64,000 bases of DNA, taken from assembly GCA_000092065.1 (NCBI GenBank), contig CP000593.1; one strand, given 5' to 3'. This DNA comes from Ostreococcus lucimarinus (Eukaryota). The position numbers and the translations under genes are program-made. Below the pieces are notes generated by a model. It saw nothing but the letters and a program-made list of their open reading frames with translations, ran no database searches and had not been told where the DNA came from. Shown one piece after another: positions 9,445 through 19,649 of the stretch (position 1 is the stretch's first letter; each line of letters opens with the position of its first letter).

Positions 9445-10788
9445 CTACAATTCGCGCGCGGCTGAGATGAGCTCGCTTGACGACGGAATTTTGTTCTCTA
9501 CTTCTTCGTCGTTGGCTGCGTTTTGCTCGAGAAACGAAATCCACAAGTCTGCGACTGGTACTGGTTTGTTCTCGCCCGTAGCGCCCGTAACTTCGAGTGC
9601 GACGCCTATCGCACCAGCTGCAATGCTCACGGGCGCGCGCGCGATCGTTCCGAGCACACCTCGCTTTTTCTGTCGTCTCTTTAGAGCTTCCATCCGTGCC
9701 TTTTGTTTGTCGGTGAAGCCGAGCATTTTTGCGAGCAAATCGAGCACGTCCTCCGCTCGTTCGCGTTCGAGATAAGCGATGAATAAATCGCTCACTATGC
9801 GCTTATCCAACAATTTCTCACTCTCTACCATCATATCGCTGCTCTTTTGAAGGGCGTGATGGAGCGCTTTCCTGAGCTTACTCGCGTCGCTCGTGGCCTT
9901 GATGCATTCCTCCTTGGCGATTTTCAAGTGAGCCTCAAACTTAGTCAACCTTTCCTCCGCTTCCTTCGCCTTTTCTTTGGCTTCCATGCATGCTGCTCTA
10001 TCAGCAGTCGCCTGCGAGGTGAGTGCGGCTAGCTTTTGTCGTAGATTCGCCGACTCAATGCGCTGCGCGTCCGCGCTCTCGATTTCAGCGTAATATGCCC
10101 CGAGCGCCTTTTGTAAATTTTCCACCTCTTCGTCTCGAGCCTTTATCACCTCCCGCAACCTCGTGACCTCGGCATCGTTTCCACTCATGTTCTTCTTCAA
10201 GTCGCTTAAACGCCGTTCGTATTCTCGCCTTTCCTCCTCTCTCGCCTCGTCTATTTCTCGTTCCTGTTCCTCCGCCACCTCGTCCTCTTCGTCCTCCAGC
10301 GCCAACAAATGTGCCCTCAATTTCTTCAATTCCGTCGCCATCTTGTCGCGCTCACTCCTCAACGTCGCGATCTCTTTCTTGTGTTCGTCCTCCCTCGACG
10401 CATTCCTCGCTAGATCCATCCCCCGCATTCGTTCCGCCTCGCTCGCGCGCTCCGTCAACGCCGCCACCCTTTGCCGCAGTGCCCGCGCATCGTCTCCATC
10501 CGCGCCTTCCGTCGCCCCGCTTCCCTCGTTCATCGCTTCCACGATCGCCGCTGTCTTCGCTTGTTCTTTTTCGACCGCTCGCGCGACGGCCTCGCGCAGC
10601 TTCGCGTCGGCGTCGGCGCGAAACTCGGCGAGTTTTCGTTCAAAATCTATGGAAGCATCCGCGACCGTTTCCGCTTCTGTGGACGACCGCGCGGACGAGG
10701 ACGCGATTTGCGAGGTCTCGCGCGCTTTTTCTCGCTCGCTCACGACTTTCGCGCGAAGTGCGGCGATGCGATCCGCCGCCGACGCCAT
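9445..10788 (-). CDS. Long coiled-coil protein with a possible C-terminal GRIP-like domain (golgin-like)
   Basis: 447 aa with an ATG at 10788. The sequence is E/K/R/A-rich with a heptad character over about 330 aa. The C-terminus IVSDLFIAYLERERAEDVLDLLAKMLGFTDKQK resembles the GRIP consensus (Y..L...E.....L.LL...L.F). Confidence 0.5.
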   Translation of the reverse strand: MASAADRIAALRAKVVSEREKARETSQIASSSARSSTEAETVADASIDFERKLAEFRADADAKLREAVARAVEKEQAKTAAIVEAMNEGSGATEGADGDDARALRQRVAALTERASEAERMRGMDLARNASREDEHKKEIATLRSERDKMATELKKLRAHLLALEDEEDEVAEEQEREIDEAREEERREYERRLSDLKKNMSGNDAEVTRLREVIKARDEEVENLQKALGAYYAEIESADAQRIESANLRQKLAALTSQATADRAACMEAKEKAKEAEERLTKFEAHLKIAKEECIKATSDASKLRKALHHALQKSSDMMVESEKLLDKRIVSDLFIAYLERERAEDVLDLLAKMLGFTDKQKARMEALKRRQKKRGVLGTIARAPVSIAAGAIGVALEVTGATGENKPVPVADLWISFLEQNAANDEEVENKIPSSSELISAAREL

Positions 10789-10901
10789 GGCGCCGAGTTA
10801 TGGCGCCGCGCGCGCCACGCGGCGCGGACGACTTTGGGGATTTCGTGATCCAGGGATGCGAATCGCCTAACACTAATGGGTCTTACATGAAACTTTGTCC
10901 G

Positions 10902-11705
10902 CTACGACGGACGCGGCGCGGACGCCAACACGTCCTCGCTCGAAAGACGCACGACGCGCTCGTCCAAAACAAACTCAAACGTGCCGCCGTCGATGAGCAC
11001 TTTGATCGGTTTCTCGCGCTTGCGCGCGACGAGCCAGAGACATCGCGACGAGATAAAAGCAACGACACCTTCGCGACCGACGAGATCGGGCGCGCGCGCG
11101 TGACGCACGACTTTGAGCACGCAACCGTGTAAGTCGAGCCCGCGCGTCAGTCGCGCCTCAGCCTCGCCGCGCTTCGCGTCCTTCACCAGCGCCCGCGCGT
11201 ACTTTTCCCACAGCCCGCGCAATTTCGAAAACGCGCTCCACGTACACTGTTCCGGCCTCAATCCGTACAATCCTTCCCTCTTTAATCGCGTTTTGCTCAT
11301 CATCGCTCTGCGCGCCTCGGCGAAGCGCTTCTCCCGCTCCCGCGCTCGCGCCTCCCCCGCGTCCACCACCCTCTCCCAATCATTCACGAGCACCAGCGCT
11401 TTATCCGCGCTCAGCTTCGCTCGCAAATCGTCCTCCGCGTCCGCGCTCGTCCCTCGTCGACGCGTCGCCAGCATTCGCCGCGCGTACGCCTCCGCGTACG
11501 CCCTCCGCGCCGCCGCCTCCTCGCGCGCCGTCGCCCGCGCGCCCGCGAACGTCTCCTCGTCCTCCCCGATCGACGGCGCGTAATACGACGTCGTCGGATC
11601 CGCGTCCGCGTCCCGCGCCGTCGTCGTCGCCGCGCTCGACGCCGTCTCGCGCGAAGCGCGCCCGCGCATTCGCGCCTCCAAATCCGCGATTCGCGACGCC
11701 TTCAT
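10902..11705 (-). CDS. POP4: RNase P/MRP protein subunit Rpp29/POP4
   Basis: The C-terminal LDLHGCVLKVVRHARAPDLVGREGVVAFISSRCLWLVARKREKPIKVLIDGGTFEFVL matches the Rpp29 core (LHG..L.VV.S..P.LVG.EGIVV.ET..TF.I.....K.IPK....F.F). The ORF stays open to 11993 but would then overlap the divergent ribokinase gene, so the start is placed at the internal ATG at 11705. The start remains uncertain. Confidence 0.65.
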   Translation of the reverse strand: MKASRIADLEARMRGRASRETASSAATTTARDADADPTTSYYAPSIGEDEETFAGARATAREEAAARRAYAEAYARRMLATRRRGTSADAEDDLRAKLSADKALVLVNDWERVVDAGEARAREREKRFAEARRAMMSKTRLKREGLYGLRPEQCTWSAFSKLRGLWEKYARALVKDAKRGEAEARLTRGLDLHGCVLKVVRHARAPDLVGREGVVAFISSRCLWLVARKREKPIKVLIDGGTFEFVLDERVVRLSSEDVLASAPRPS

Positions 11706-11865
11706 CGCGCGCCTCGTCCTCGCCGTCGCCCCGTCGCTCGCCCGACCGCGCGTCGCGTCGCGTTCGTCGTCGTCGCCGCTCGAGCGTCGTCGAAGCCGCC
11801 GCACGCCGCGCTCTGCGGCGTCGATTCGATTCCATTCCAATCCGCTCGCCGCATTCGTCGTCGCG

Positions 11866-13977
11866 ATGCGTCGCGCGCGTCGCGCGCGGCGCCTCGCGCT
11901 CGGCGCCGCGCTGACCGCGCTCGCGCGCGTCGCGCTCGCGCGCGCCGACCGCGCGTCGATCGCCGTCGTGGGGAGCGTGAACGCCGACGTCATCGCGCGC
12001 GTCGGAACATCGGTCCCGCGCCGCGGAGAAACGCGCGCGGCGACGGCGGCGCGCGTCGAGCGCGCGTGCGGAGGGAAGGGAGCGAATCAAGCGGTCGCGG
12101 CGTCGCGATTGACGTGCGAGCGCGGCGGGAAGGCGGCGTTCGTGGGACGATTCGGGGAGGACGAGGCGGGGACGACGCTGCGACGCGCGCTGCGGCGAGA
12201 GACGGATGTGTCCGGGAGCGTCACGATGGCGCGAGGGAGCGGAATCGAGACGGGAATGGGGTTCGTGATGCTGACGGACGATGGATCGCCGAGCGCGGTG
12301 GTCGTGGGGGGGGCGAACGCGCTCGGATGGAACGCGGACGACGAGGCGCTGGCGAGCGAGTTTCGCGAGGCGCTGCGAGGCGCGAAGACGGTGATGCTGC
12401 AGCGGGAGGTGCCGGAACGCGTGAACGTGATAGCGGCGACGGTTGCGAGGGAAATCGGTGTGCGAACGATCGTGCTGGACGCGGGAGGCTCGTTTCACGC
12501 GGCGGATGAGGCGTTGTTGGCGCTCGTGGATTACGTCGCGCCGAACGAGAGCGAACTCGCGGGAATGGCGGGAATGCGCGTGGAGGAGGTTTCTTCTGGG
12601 GACGAAGCGGTCGTTAAGGCGGCGAGAATCGTCGCAGGAACGTCGCGCGTCGCCGTTCTGTGCACGCTGGGGAGTCGAGGATCGTTGCTCGTGAGAGGCG
12701 AAGACGTCACGAGAGTCGAATCGATGGAACTTCCGGCCGGCGCCAAAGAAGTGGACGCCACCGCGGCTGGTGATGCGTTTCGCGCCGCGTTCGCGGTGGC
12801 GATGGCTGAAAATAAAAACGAGCGCGACGCCATGAAGTTCGCCAGCGCCGCGGGGGCTTTGGCGGTGACGAAGTTGGGTGCGATGCCAAGCCTTCCATTT
12901 CGGAGCGACGTGGATGAATTTCTTGGCGTTTCAGATCCGTGCCGAACGTCCCCTATCTCGTCGTCTTCGTCGTCCAGTGAGGCGGCGATCGAGGCACTTC
13001 GATTTGCCAGTAGATTGAATAGCATGAAATCTCGCGCAGACTTATTCACGGATGCCGAACCGGACGTTCCGGAAGTCTTCAACCTCATAAAGCGCATGGG
13101 ACGCGTTCAGGGCGTGCATTCGGTGTTTCTCAACTACCCCGAACATTTCATCGGACCAGACGGCAACGAGCTCGCGGCAGTGGAATTGCGAGACAAGATT
13201 CTTGCCGCGAAGTTGCGCCCTGGCGCCGTATGCGTGCGATTTCCCGAGGAGCCGTTTCGATTGGGCGCGTTCTCGAATCCCGATGGCGTGATTCGCGAAC
13301 ACGCGGCGACTTTGGCACGCAAGGCGTGCGCGACTGCGACCGCACTCGACGCAGACGAAGTCGTCATATGGCCTCGCTACGATGGATACGATTACAATCT
13401 CCAAGCGGATTACGCCACGGCGTGGGAGGACATGATTGTCGGTTACAAAGCAGTGGCCTCGAGCGAAGAGTGTCGCTCGCTCAAGTTGAGCGTCGAATTC
13501 AAGCCGACGGACGAAAAGAGCCGTTTCAGCTTCATCCCCACCACAGGTGCCGCACTCCTACTCGTCGACGCCGTGGGCGAGCCCAACTTCGGCCTGACAC
13601 TGGACGTCGGCCACGCGCTCGCCGCGGGCGAGAATCCAGCCCAGTCCATCGCGATGGCGGCTTCGAGAAACGCTCTGTTCGGCGTCCAACTCGGCGACGG
13701 TCACACCCGTCTCGGCGCCGAAGACGGTTTGATGTTCGCCTCCGTCCATCCTCACGCCGCCATGGAATTAGTCCGCGCGCTACGTCGCATATCCTACGCC
13801 GGCGTGCTCTACTTTGACACCTTCCCTCTCAACGAAGATCCGGTGGCGGAAGCCGAGCGAAACGCCCGCGTCTTCCGCGACTTCTACGCCCGCATCGTCG
13901 ACGTCGAGGTCGAAATCGAAGATGCCATCGCCAGTCGAGACGCCATTCGAGCTCTCGACGCCGCATCACGGATGTGA
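11866..13977 (+). CDS. Bifunctional-looking protein: ribokinase (pfkB family) N-terminal domain fused to a xylose-isomerase-like TIM-barrel (sugar-phosphate isomerase/epimerase) C-terminal domain
   Basis: 703-aa continuous ORF. The ribokinase signatures are IAVVGSVNADV, GGKGANQA and DATAAGDAF. The C-terminal half (…LTLDVGHALAAGENP…GVQLGDGH…VLYFDTFP…) is typical of the xylose-isomerase-like TIM barrel family. A Ser-rich linker joins the two. Confidence 0.8.
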   Translation: MRRARRARRLALGAALTALARVALARADRASIAVVGSVNADVIARVGTSVPRRGETRAATAARVERACGGKGANQAVAASRLTCERGGKAAFVGRFGEDEAGTTLRRALRRETDVSGSVTMARGSGIETGMGFVMLTDDGSPSAVVVGGANALGWNADDEALASEFREALRGAKTVMLQREVPERVNVIAATVAREIGVRTIVLDAGGSFHAADEALLALVDYVAPNESELAGMAGMRVEEVSSGDEAVVKAARIVAGTSRVAVLCTLGSRGSLLVRGEDVTRVESMELPAGAKEVDATAAGDAFRAAFAVAMAENKNERDAMKFASAAGALAVTKLGAMPSLPFRSDVDEFLGVSDPCRTSPISSSSSSSEAAIEALRFASRLNSMKSRADLFTDAEPDVPEVFNLIKRMGRVQGVHSVFLNYPEHFIGPDGNELAAVELRDKILAAKLRPGAVCVRFPEEPFRLGAFSNPDGVIREHAATLARKACATATALDADEVVIWPRYDGYDYNLQADYATAWEDMIVGYKAVASSEECRSLKLSVEFKPTDEKSRFSFIPTTGAALLLVDAVGEPNFGLTLDVGHALAAGENPAQSIAMAASRNALFGVQLGDGHTRLGAEDGLMFASVHPHAAMELVRALRRISYAGVLYFDTFPLNEDPVAEAERNARVFRDFYARIVDVEVEIEDAIASRDAIRALDAASRM

Positions 13978-14151
13978 TCGATGTAATAACGACGCGCGCC
14001 GCGACGCGCTCGCCGTCCCGTCCCTCGCGCAGTTCCACAGGCGCGGCGCGCCCGGCGTCGTCAGTCGCAGACGCGCGTCCGTCGTCGCGCCCCTCGCGCG
14101 CGACGAAGCGACGCGCTCGCGCGCGTCGCTCGCGCGCGTCTGTCGCGCGCG

Positions 14152-15876
14152 ATGTCGCTCGACGACGACGCCGCGCTCGTTCGGACGCCGCGCCGCAGTT
14201 TCGACACGACGACGGAATCGACGCCGACGGACGCGGGAAAGGGCGCGGACGACCGCGCGACGAGTCCGATGAGCGCGCTATCCGCGCGATCGTCAGCGCA
14301 GAGCTCTCGCGAGGGTCTCGGGCAGGCGGGACAGGAGGCGTCGGAGGGCGCAAAGCTCGCCTGGACGGCGACGCTGATCGGCGACGCGCGCGCGAGTCGG
14401 AGGTTGACGCCGAGTGAGCTGAGAGCGAATGGAAAAGAGGATGGAACGTGGATAGGGAGTTCGCTCGATGCGGACGACGACCGGGACGACGATGCGACGA
14501 GGTCGGGACGGTTGTCGGAGACGAGCGCGTCGAGCTCGCAGAGCGGGACGTTTAGGAGCGCGTTGGGGGCGGTCCCGGAGGAATGGGACGCAGATCCCGA
14601 CCCGCTGGGAATGGCGAAACCAGAGGACGTGTTGAATGCGTCGATGTTCGGGTGGAGATTTCGCCTGGAGGATTTTCAGCTCGTCAACGTCATCGGTCGC
14701 GGGCGATATTCCGTGGTATACAAGGCGTTTTATCGCAGGATGAACTTTGAAGTGGCGCTGAAGTGCTACATCAAGGCAAAGTTGAAACTGCACGTGTACG
14801 AACAGATTGCGCACGAAATTGCGGTGCATCATAGCATGGAACACTCGGCCATCGTGGGATTTTTTGGTTCGTTCATCGACACTTCGACTGGGAACTATTA
14901 TTTAATACACGAGCTTCACAACCGGGGCGACGTTTTCAACGCTTTGGCGCGAGTTGGAGGAAAGTTTAGTGAAAGCCGAGCAGTGACGGGAGTTATGAAA
15001 TGGGTCATCAAAGCCGTCGCGCACATGCACGCGATGAACGTCATACACCGAGATATCAAGCCTGAAAATGTCGTACTCACCGATGACGGCAGAGCGAAGC
15101 TGACGGATTTCGGCTTTGCGTTACATTTGGAGTGGTTCAAACCGCTCGGGCGTTTGGGAACGACGGATTACATGGCGCCGGAGGTTGTACGCTGCGATAA
15201 AGAGTTTCGAGAACGATACCTCCGATTGAATCGCGCTGGGTACGGCAAGGCTGTGGATTTATGGGCCATCGGCGCTTTGGCGTTTGAGCTCGTCGTCGGG
15301 TTTCCGCCGTTTCAGTCGACGAGTCGACAGCAAGCGTACGATATGATTCTCCAAGGTTCGTTCAAGATCCCTGCATTCGTCAGCGAACACGGCGCCGATT
15401 TCATCCGCAAATGCCTCGTTCTCGACCCGAGCGCGAGATTGAAGCCGGAAGAAATGTTAGAGCATCCTTGGATTGTCTCGCTCGGTTCGTCTGGGGAACC
15501 GCGCGCGAACGCGCCGAGAAGCGTTCTCGATTTCGACGCTAACTTCATGAAAAGAGCGCTGTCAGCCGCGCCGGCGACAAAACGCGCGCCAAACAGCCTG
15601 TCATCTAAATTTGCTGCGGCAAATATTTCGCGAGAAGCGCTCGATTCGATCAAGGACGAATTAGATTGGCAGTATGCGGCGAACAACGTTGAGCTCATCA
15701 GCAGTGGACGAGCCGAGACGACGGTGAACCGATCTGCCACCGCCTTTGCGGTTTCAACGGACGTGAACGCGCCTGATTCTACCGCAGTCGTTTTAAGCAC
15801 GCGCTCTTTCAGTCTCAGTCATAGAATTCGAAGGATGGGATCGAATTTTGTGCGTCGCTTCCGAACGCGAGATTAG
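14152..15876 (+). CDS. Ser/Thr protein kinase with a long disordered N-terminus
   Basis: 574 aa. The kinase domain carries IGRGRYSVVYKA (G-loop), ALK, HRDIKPENVVL, DFGFA, APE and a final HPW. A TGTAA motif follows about 60 nt after the stop. Confidence 0.8.
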   Translation: MSLDDDAALVRTPRRSFDTTTESTPTDAGKGADDRATSPMSALSARSSAQSSREGLGQAGQEASEGAKLAWTATLIGDARASRRLTPSELRANGKEDGTWIGSSLDADDDRDDDATRSGRLSETSASSSQSGTFRSALGAVPEEWDADPDPLGMAKPEDVLNASMFGWRFRLEDFQLVNVIGRGRYSVVYKAFYRRMNFEVALKCYIKAKLKLHVYEQIAHEIAVHHSMEHSAIVGFFGSFIDTSTGNYYLIHELHNRGDVFNALARVGGKFSESRAVTGVMKWVIKAVAHMHAMNVIHRDIKPENVVLTDDGRAKLTDFGFALHLEWFKPLGRLGTTDYMAPEVVRCDKEFRERYLRLNRAGYGKAVDLWAIGALAFELVVGFPPFQSTSRQQAYDMILQGSFKIPAFVSEHGADFIRKCLVLDPSARLKPEEMLEHPWIVSLGSSGEPRANAPRSVLDFDANFMKRALSAAPATKRAPNSLSSKFAAANISREALDSIKDELDWQYAANNVELISSGRAETTVNRSATAFAVSTDVNAPDSTAVVLSTRSFSLSHRIRRMGSNFVRRFRTRD

Positions 15877-15933
15877 TTCGCGAACCGCCTCGCTCTTGTA
15901 CACTTCTTGTATATTCATTCTTTCTTGTTTTCT

Positions 15934-15938
15934 TGTAA
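15934..15938 (+). promoter_or_regulatory. TGTAA putative poly(A) signal in the AT-richer convergent 3' region 15877-16299
   Basis: The sequence ttttcTTGTAAttcg occurs in the lower-GC spacer that lies between two convergent genes. Confidence 0.35.
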
Positions 15939-16299
15939 TTCGAGGTACAACTGGTGCGAAAGTAACATTAAAAGAACATCAAAGAATCGTCTCGAAGCTA
16001 CTCATGGTCTTGAGATGCGCGCGAGCGCTCACGAATTCTTGCCGGACTCAACAGCCGCGACACCGCGCGACTTCGCCCCAAACTCCGGTGGGAACGTATT
16101 TACACCACTCGGCGCACTGCCCTAGGGTAGATAACACGATCAGCGCGATGTAAGCGAAGCGTTGATTGTGTTGATTGACGATAAAAGCCATGATTTGGTT
16201 TGAAGCGTGAAGCGAGCGTGCGTGCGTCAAAATGAGGTCACATGGTTCGTACACCGTTGCATCGTCTTCCGATGCTCTCCTACAAACATTGCCTATGCG

Positions 16300-17340
16300 C
16301 TACGCGAGTTCTTGGCAACGTGCGAGCACGCGCGCAAACTTCTCGCCCTCTTCTATGTCTACAATTAATTCACCACAATCTTCTCCTCGCCAAGGCGTGG
16401 CGCTCGGCGGAAGCACGATACCAGTGGCCCACAGAAACAAGCCGTCCTCGTGAGCGCGCGACGCGTAATCGTACTTGACGTCGCCGAGGATGGGAGCGCA
16501 GAGCGCTTTGGCGTGGCGCCGAAGCTGATGCGTGCGCCCAGTTTTCGGGAAAAAATCAATCAACGTCAAGATACCGCCGTATTCCTCGCTTTCGTACTCG
16601 CGCACGACGCTATATTCGGTGAGCGCCTCCAGACCGCCGAGCGGGACGTCGACCACCCCCTTCTTCGATTCGACGCGTCCTCGCAGCACCGCCCGATACC
16701 TTTTCCGCACTTCTCGCTTCTCGAACGCCGCCGACAGCGCCGTCATCGCCATCCGCGTCTTCGCGCACACCAGCAATCCTCCCGTGAGTTCGTCCAACCG
16801 ATGCACCGGCCGAGGCCTCGACAACGCGCCTTCGACGCCCTCCGGCGTCGGCGTCAGCGCCGTCGCGCACAGCCGCTCCGCGCTCCACTTCATCGGATCG
16901 CTTCCCTTCCCCACGCTCACGCAGTCATCCGGCTTCACCATGATCGCAAAGTGTGGGTCGTCCCGCGCCAGCGCGACGGCTCTCTCGCCCGCTCTGTGCG
17001 CCGCCGCAACCGGCGAGGACGGTCGAATCCGCGCCAGCACCTCGACCACGTCCCCGTCCGCGACCGCGTCCCCGACCGAGCGCACCGTTCCGTTCACGAG
17101 CACATTCTTCCGTCGTATCTCTCGCTTCGCGCTCGTCGCGCTCGCGTATTCGCTCGGCAGGTGCGCGCGCAGCGCGTCGCTCAGCGCGACCGTCGCCCCG
17201 CGCTCGCCCGCGCCGGCGTCCACGCGCGCGACGAACGTCCGCGCGACGCCGTACGCGCTTCGCGAGGGCGCGCGCGCGCGCGCGTTCGTCGCGTTCGTCG
17301 CGCGCGTCGCGTTCGTCGCGGCGCGCGCGCCGCGAAGCAT
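16300..17340 (-). CDS. RluA-family pseudouridine synthase with an N-terminal S4-like domain
   Basis: 346 aa. The catalytic motif is HRLDELTGGLLVCAKT (HRLD…SG.L). An S4-like segment (KREIRRKNVLVNGTVRSVGDAVADGDVVEV) is present. The basic, Ala/Thr-rich N-terminus could be an organelle presequence. Confidence 0.8.
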   Translation of the reverse strand: MLRGARAATNATRATNATNARARAPSRSAYGVARTFVARVDAGAGERGATVALSDALRAHLPSEYASATSAKREIRRKNVLVNGTVRSVGDAVADGDVVEVLARIRPSSPVAAAHRAGERAVALARDDPHFAIMVKPDDCVSVGKGSDPMKWSAERLCATALTPTPEGVEGALSRPRPVHRLDELTGGLLVCAKTRMAMTALSAAFEKREVRKRYRAVLRGRVESKKGVVDVPLGGLEALTEYSVVREYESEEYGGILTLIDFFPKTGRTHQLRRHAKALCAPILGDVKYDYASRAHEDGLFLWATGIVLPPSATPWRGEDCGELIVDIEEGEKFARVLARCQELA

Positions 17341-17456
17341 CGGCGCGACGCGCGCGAGAGTGCGGCGTCGTCACGACTCGGCGCGCGCGCGGCGCGGCGC
17401 GCGGCGAGCGAATCGACGTCGGCGCGCGAATCGACGTCGCGCGCGGGACGCGAGGC

Positions 17457-19577
17457 ATGCCGTTCGCGCGGCTGAGGAGCGCGGCGACGGCGGCGACGAC
17501 GGCGACGACGGGGACGATCGGGAATTCTGCATCGGCGCGAGCGATGGCGAAGCGCGCGGCGATGGAAGCGACGAAAGGCGCGGCGACGATGACGGTGGAC
17601 GCGAAGACGAGCGTGACGTCGAACGCGACGGTGCGCGCGCTGGAATTCGTCGTGAAAGCGGTGCGGTGGTTGATTCGGGCGACGACGACGCAAATCGCGG
17701 TGGCGACGGCGACGACGGCGATCGGATTCGTCCTCGGGGCGATGCTCACGGTGTGGAGTAAGCGCACGAGGGATAAAGACTACGTGAGACGAGTGCTGAT
17801 AAGTCGTCGCAGGCGAAAGGATGCGGATGCATCGCCCTCGTTGACGTGGTTGGAGAGCGTGCGAGCGAAGAAGGAGTTGGAGACGAACGAACAGGATCAG
17901 ATACACTTTAAGGATGAATTTAAGACGTTATTCAACACGTATTCGCCGAAATGGACGGAAGACGCGTCGTTCAATCGCGTGCATTGGCTCAATCGAGTGA
18001 TCGACGCGGCTTGGCCGAACATTGACACCGGGGTGAGCAAGACGGTGAAGGAGAGTGTCGAGCCGATTTTACGCGACATGCTTCCCGAGAGCGTGACTTG
18101 GATTGGTTTTGAGAAATTTACACTCGGTCCGCGCGCACCGACGCTTTGTGGGATTCGCTCGCACTCGTCTCACATGGAGAATTCCATCTTGGACATCGAG
18201 CTCACGTGGGCTTCGTCGTGCGAAATCATCGTCACGTTGTACGCGTTTGGGATACGATTTCCGGTGTCTTTACGCCAGCTTCAGCTGAAGTGCTTGGTGC
18301 AAGTGACTTTTGATCCGTTGGTAGATATCATTCCATGTCTCGGTGCGATCGAAGCTTGCTTGATGGGTATGCCTGAGATTTTGGACTTTGGATTGTTCCT
18401 TCCGGGCGGAATCGATCTCATGGCGCTCCCCTTCATGCACGGTTTCGTCAAGCGCACCGTGAAATCGTCCATCGAGAAGATGCTCTTATATCCTTATAAA
18501 CTGCACATACCCATAATGGAGGCCAGCGGTATCGAGGAGTCTTCGACGGGGATGATGCGAATTAGATTCCTGAAGGGAAATGCGTTCTACAAGCGACGCA
18601 ACTATAGCCGCCTCTCGCGCAAGAAAGGCAAGGCTTCTTCGCTGATGCGAAACATGCTCAAATCGGACAATTACTTTATCAAGTATTGGACTCGCGAGCA
18701 GCGCCAGCTGAGTACACCACCGCGTTTAGGAGACGCACCGAGCTGGGATGGCGTCGAAGACTCGTTTGTGTTGTGCGATCGAGAAACTCCCTTGACGTTC
18801 CGCCTCCTTAAACAGGGCGCCGAGCGTATCTCCAACTATGGCGAGGCATCGATCACGTGCGGAGAAATCGCCGATCGCGGGCCAGGTCCGATTGTTCTCG
18901 AACTCCCTTTCATCGATCCAACGTACTACAAGAAAGAGTGCCCACTCGAGTATTTCGCCGCCGCCGACGGCTACACGCACGAACAAATCATGACTCGCAG
19001 CAACGAAATCACCGAGTGGCACAAAAAAAGCGAAGAAGAAGCGGATGAGGCGCGCATGAAATACTTTTACCGATGCATCGAGGAACAGAACAAGACGAAA
19101 ACACCTGGTGGGAAAAAGTTCATGCACCCGACGATGACAGTCGAGCTCGAGTACATCGACACCGGCGCTCCGGATGAATTCGATGAGGATTACGAGCAAG
19201 GTTTGCTCACCGTCGAACTTCTCGAAGGTCGCAATTTGCTTCGTGTCAAGGACTTGCCGCCGAATCCCATGGCTCACGTGTCTTGTGCAAAGCAAACGTA
19301 CACGAGTGCGCGCAAATTGAAGACTTCGCAGCCCAAGTTCAACGAACGTTTCGTCTTTTACAACGTCATTCCAGACGTCGACCCGCTCAGAATCGAAATC
19401 AGAGGTTTTGAAGTCTCGCTCGGCTTTGTGGAGATCGACGTCTCACTCGTCCGCCAAAACGTCATAATGAAGGACGTTTTCAAGCTTCAAGGCGTAGCCA
19501 AGGGTGAGATCGAACTTTTGCTCCAGTACGCTCCGATGTCCACGAAAAACGCGGTCCACCGCATCCCGGTCTTGTAA
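17457..19577 (+). CDS. Extended-synaptotagmin/tricalbin-like lipid-transfer protein: N-terminal TM segment, SMP domain and C2 domain(s)
   Basis: ORF 16953-19577. Its first 168 codons are Arg/Pro/Ser-rich and overlap the divergent RluA gene, so the start is placed at ATG 17457 (MPFARLRS…). The SMP-like region is HWLNRVIDAAWPNIDTG…PEILDFGLFLPGG. The C2 region is LLTVELLEGRNLLRVKD…PKFNERFVFYNV. The stop codon TAA is embedded in TTGTAA. Confidence 0.8.
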   Translation: MPFARLRSAATAATTATTGTIGNSASARAMAKRAAMEATKGAATMTVDAKTSVTSNATVRALEFVVKAVRWLIRATTTQIAVATATTAIGFVLGAMLTVWSKRTRDKDYVRRVLISRRRRKDADASPSLTWLESVRAKKELETNEQDQIHFKDEFKTLFNTYSPKWTEDASFNRVHWLNRVIDAAWPNIDTGVSKTVKESVEPILRDMLPESVTWIGFEKFTLGPRAPTLCGIRSHSSHMENSILDIELTWASSCEIIVTLYAFGIRFPVSLRQLQLKCLVQVTFDPLVDIIPCLGAIEACLMGMPEILDFGLFLPGGIDLMALPFMHGFVKRTVKSSIEKMLLYPYKLHIPIMEASGIEESSTGMMRIRFLKGNAFYKRRNYSRLSRKKGKASSLMRNMLKSDNYFIKYWTREQRQLSTPPRLGDAPSWDGVEDSFVLCDRETPLTFRLLKQGAERISNYGEASITCGEIADRGPGPIVLELPFIDPTYYKKECPLEYFAAADGYTHEQIMTRSNEITEWHKKSEEEADEARMKYFYRCIEEQNKTKTPGGKKFMHPTMTVELEYIDTGAPDEFDEDYEQGLLTVELLEGRNLLRVKDLPPNPMAHVSCAKQTYTSARKLKTSQPKFNERFVFYNVIPDVDPLRIEIRGFEVSLGFVEIDVSLVRQNVIMKDVFKLQGVAKGEIELLLQYAPMSTKNAVHRIPVL

Positions 19578-19649
19578 ATCACCATAATCGCGTCATTCCG
19601 CGCCTCCTCGACGACGCTCGCGCTCGTCGCGCCCCGCTAGCCGCGCGTC

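Noticed and set aside
15877-16299. About 420-bp lower-GC spacer between convergent kinase and RluA genes, examined for tRNA or snoRNA genes
   Set aside because: There is no tRNA T-loop (GGTTCGANTCC) or convincing C/D-box arrangement. It is most simply two overlapping 3' UTRs. A TGTAA is present.
16953-17456. N-terminal 168-codon extension of the SMP/C2 ORF (and analogous extensions of the USP, primase, DEAD-box, Rpp29, Sfi1-like and W-repeat ORFs)
   Set aside because: The ORF-track starts include GTG/TTG codons (verified at nt 15, 24925, 37719, 47197). The extensions are low-complexity and Arg-rich, and they overlap the neighbouring divergent or upstream gene. The first ATG followed by a balanced composition was used instead.
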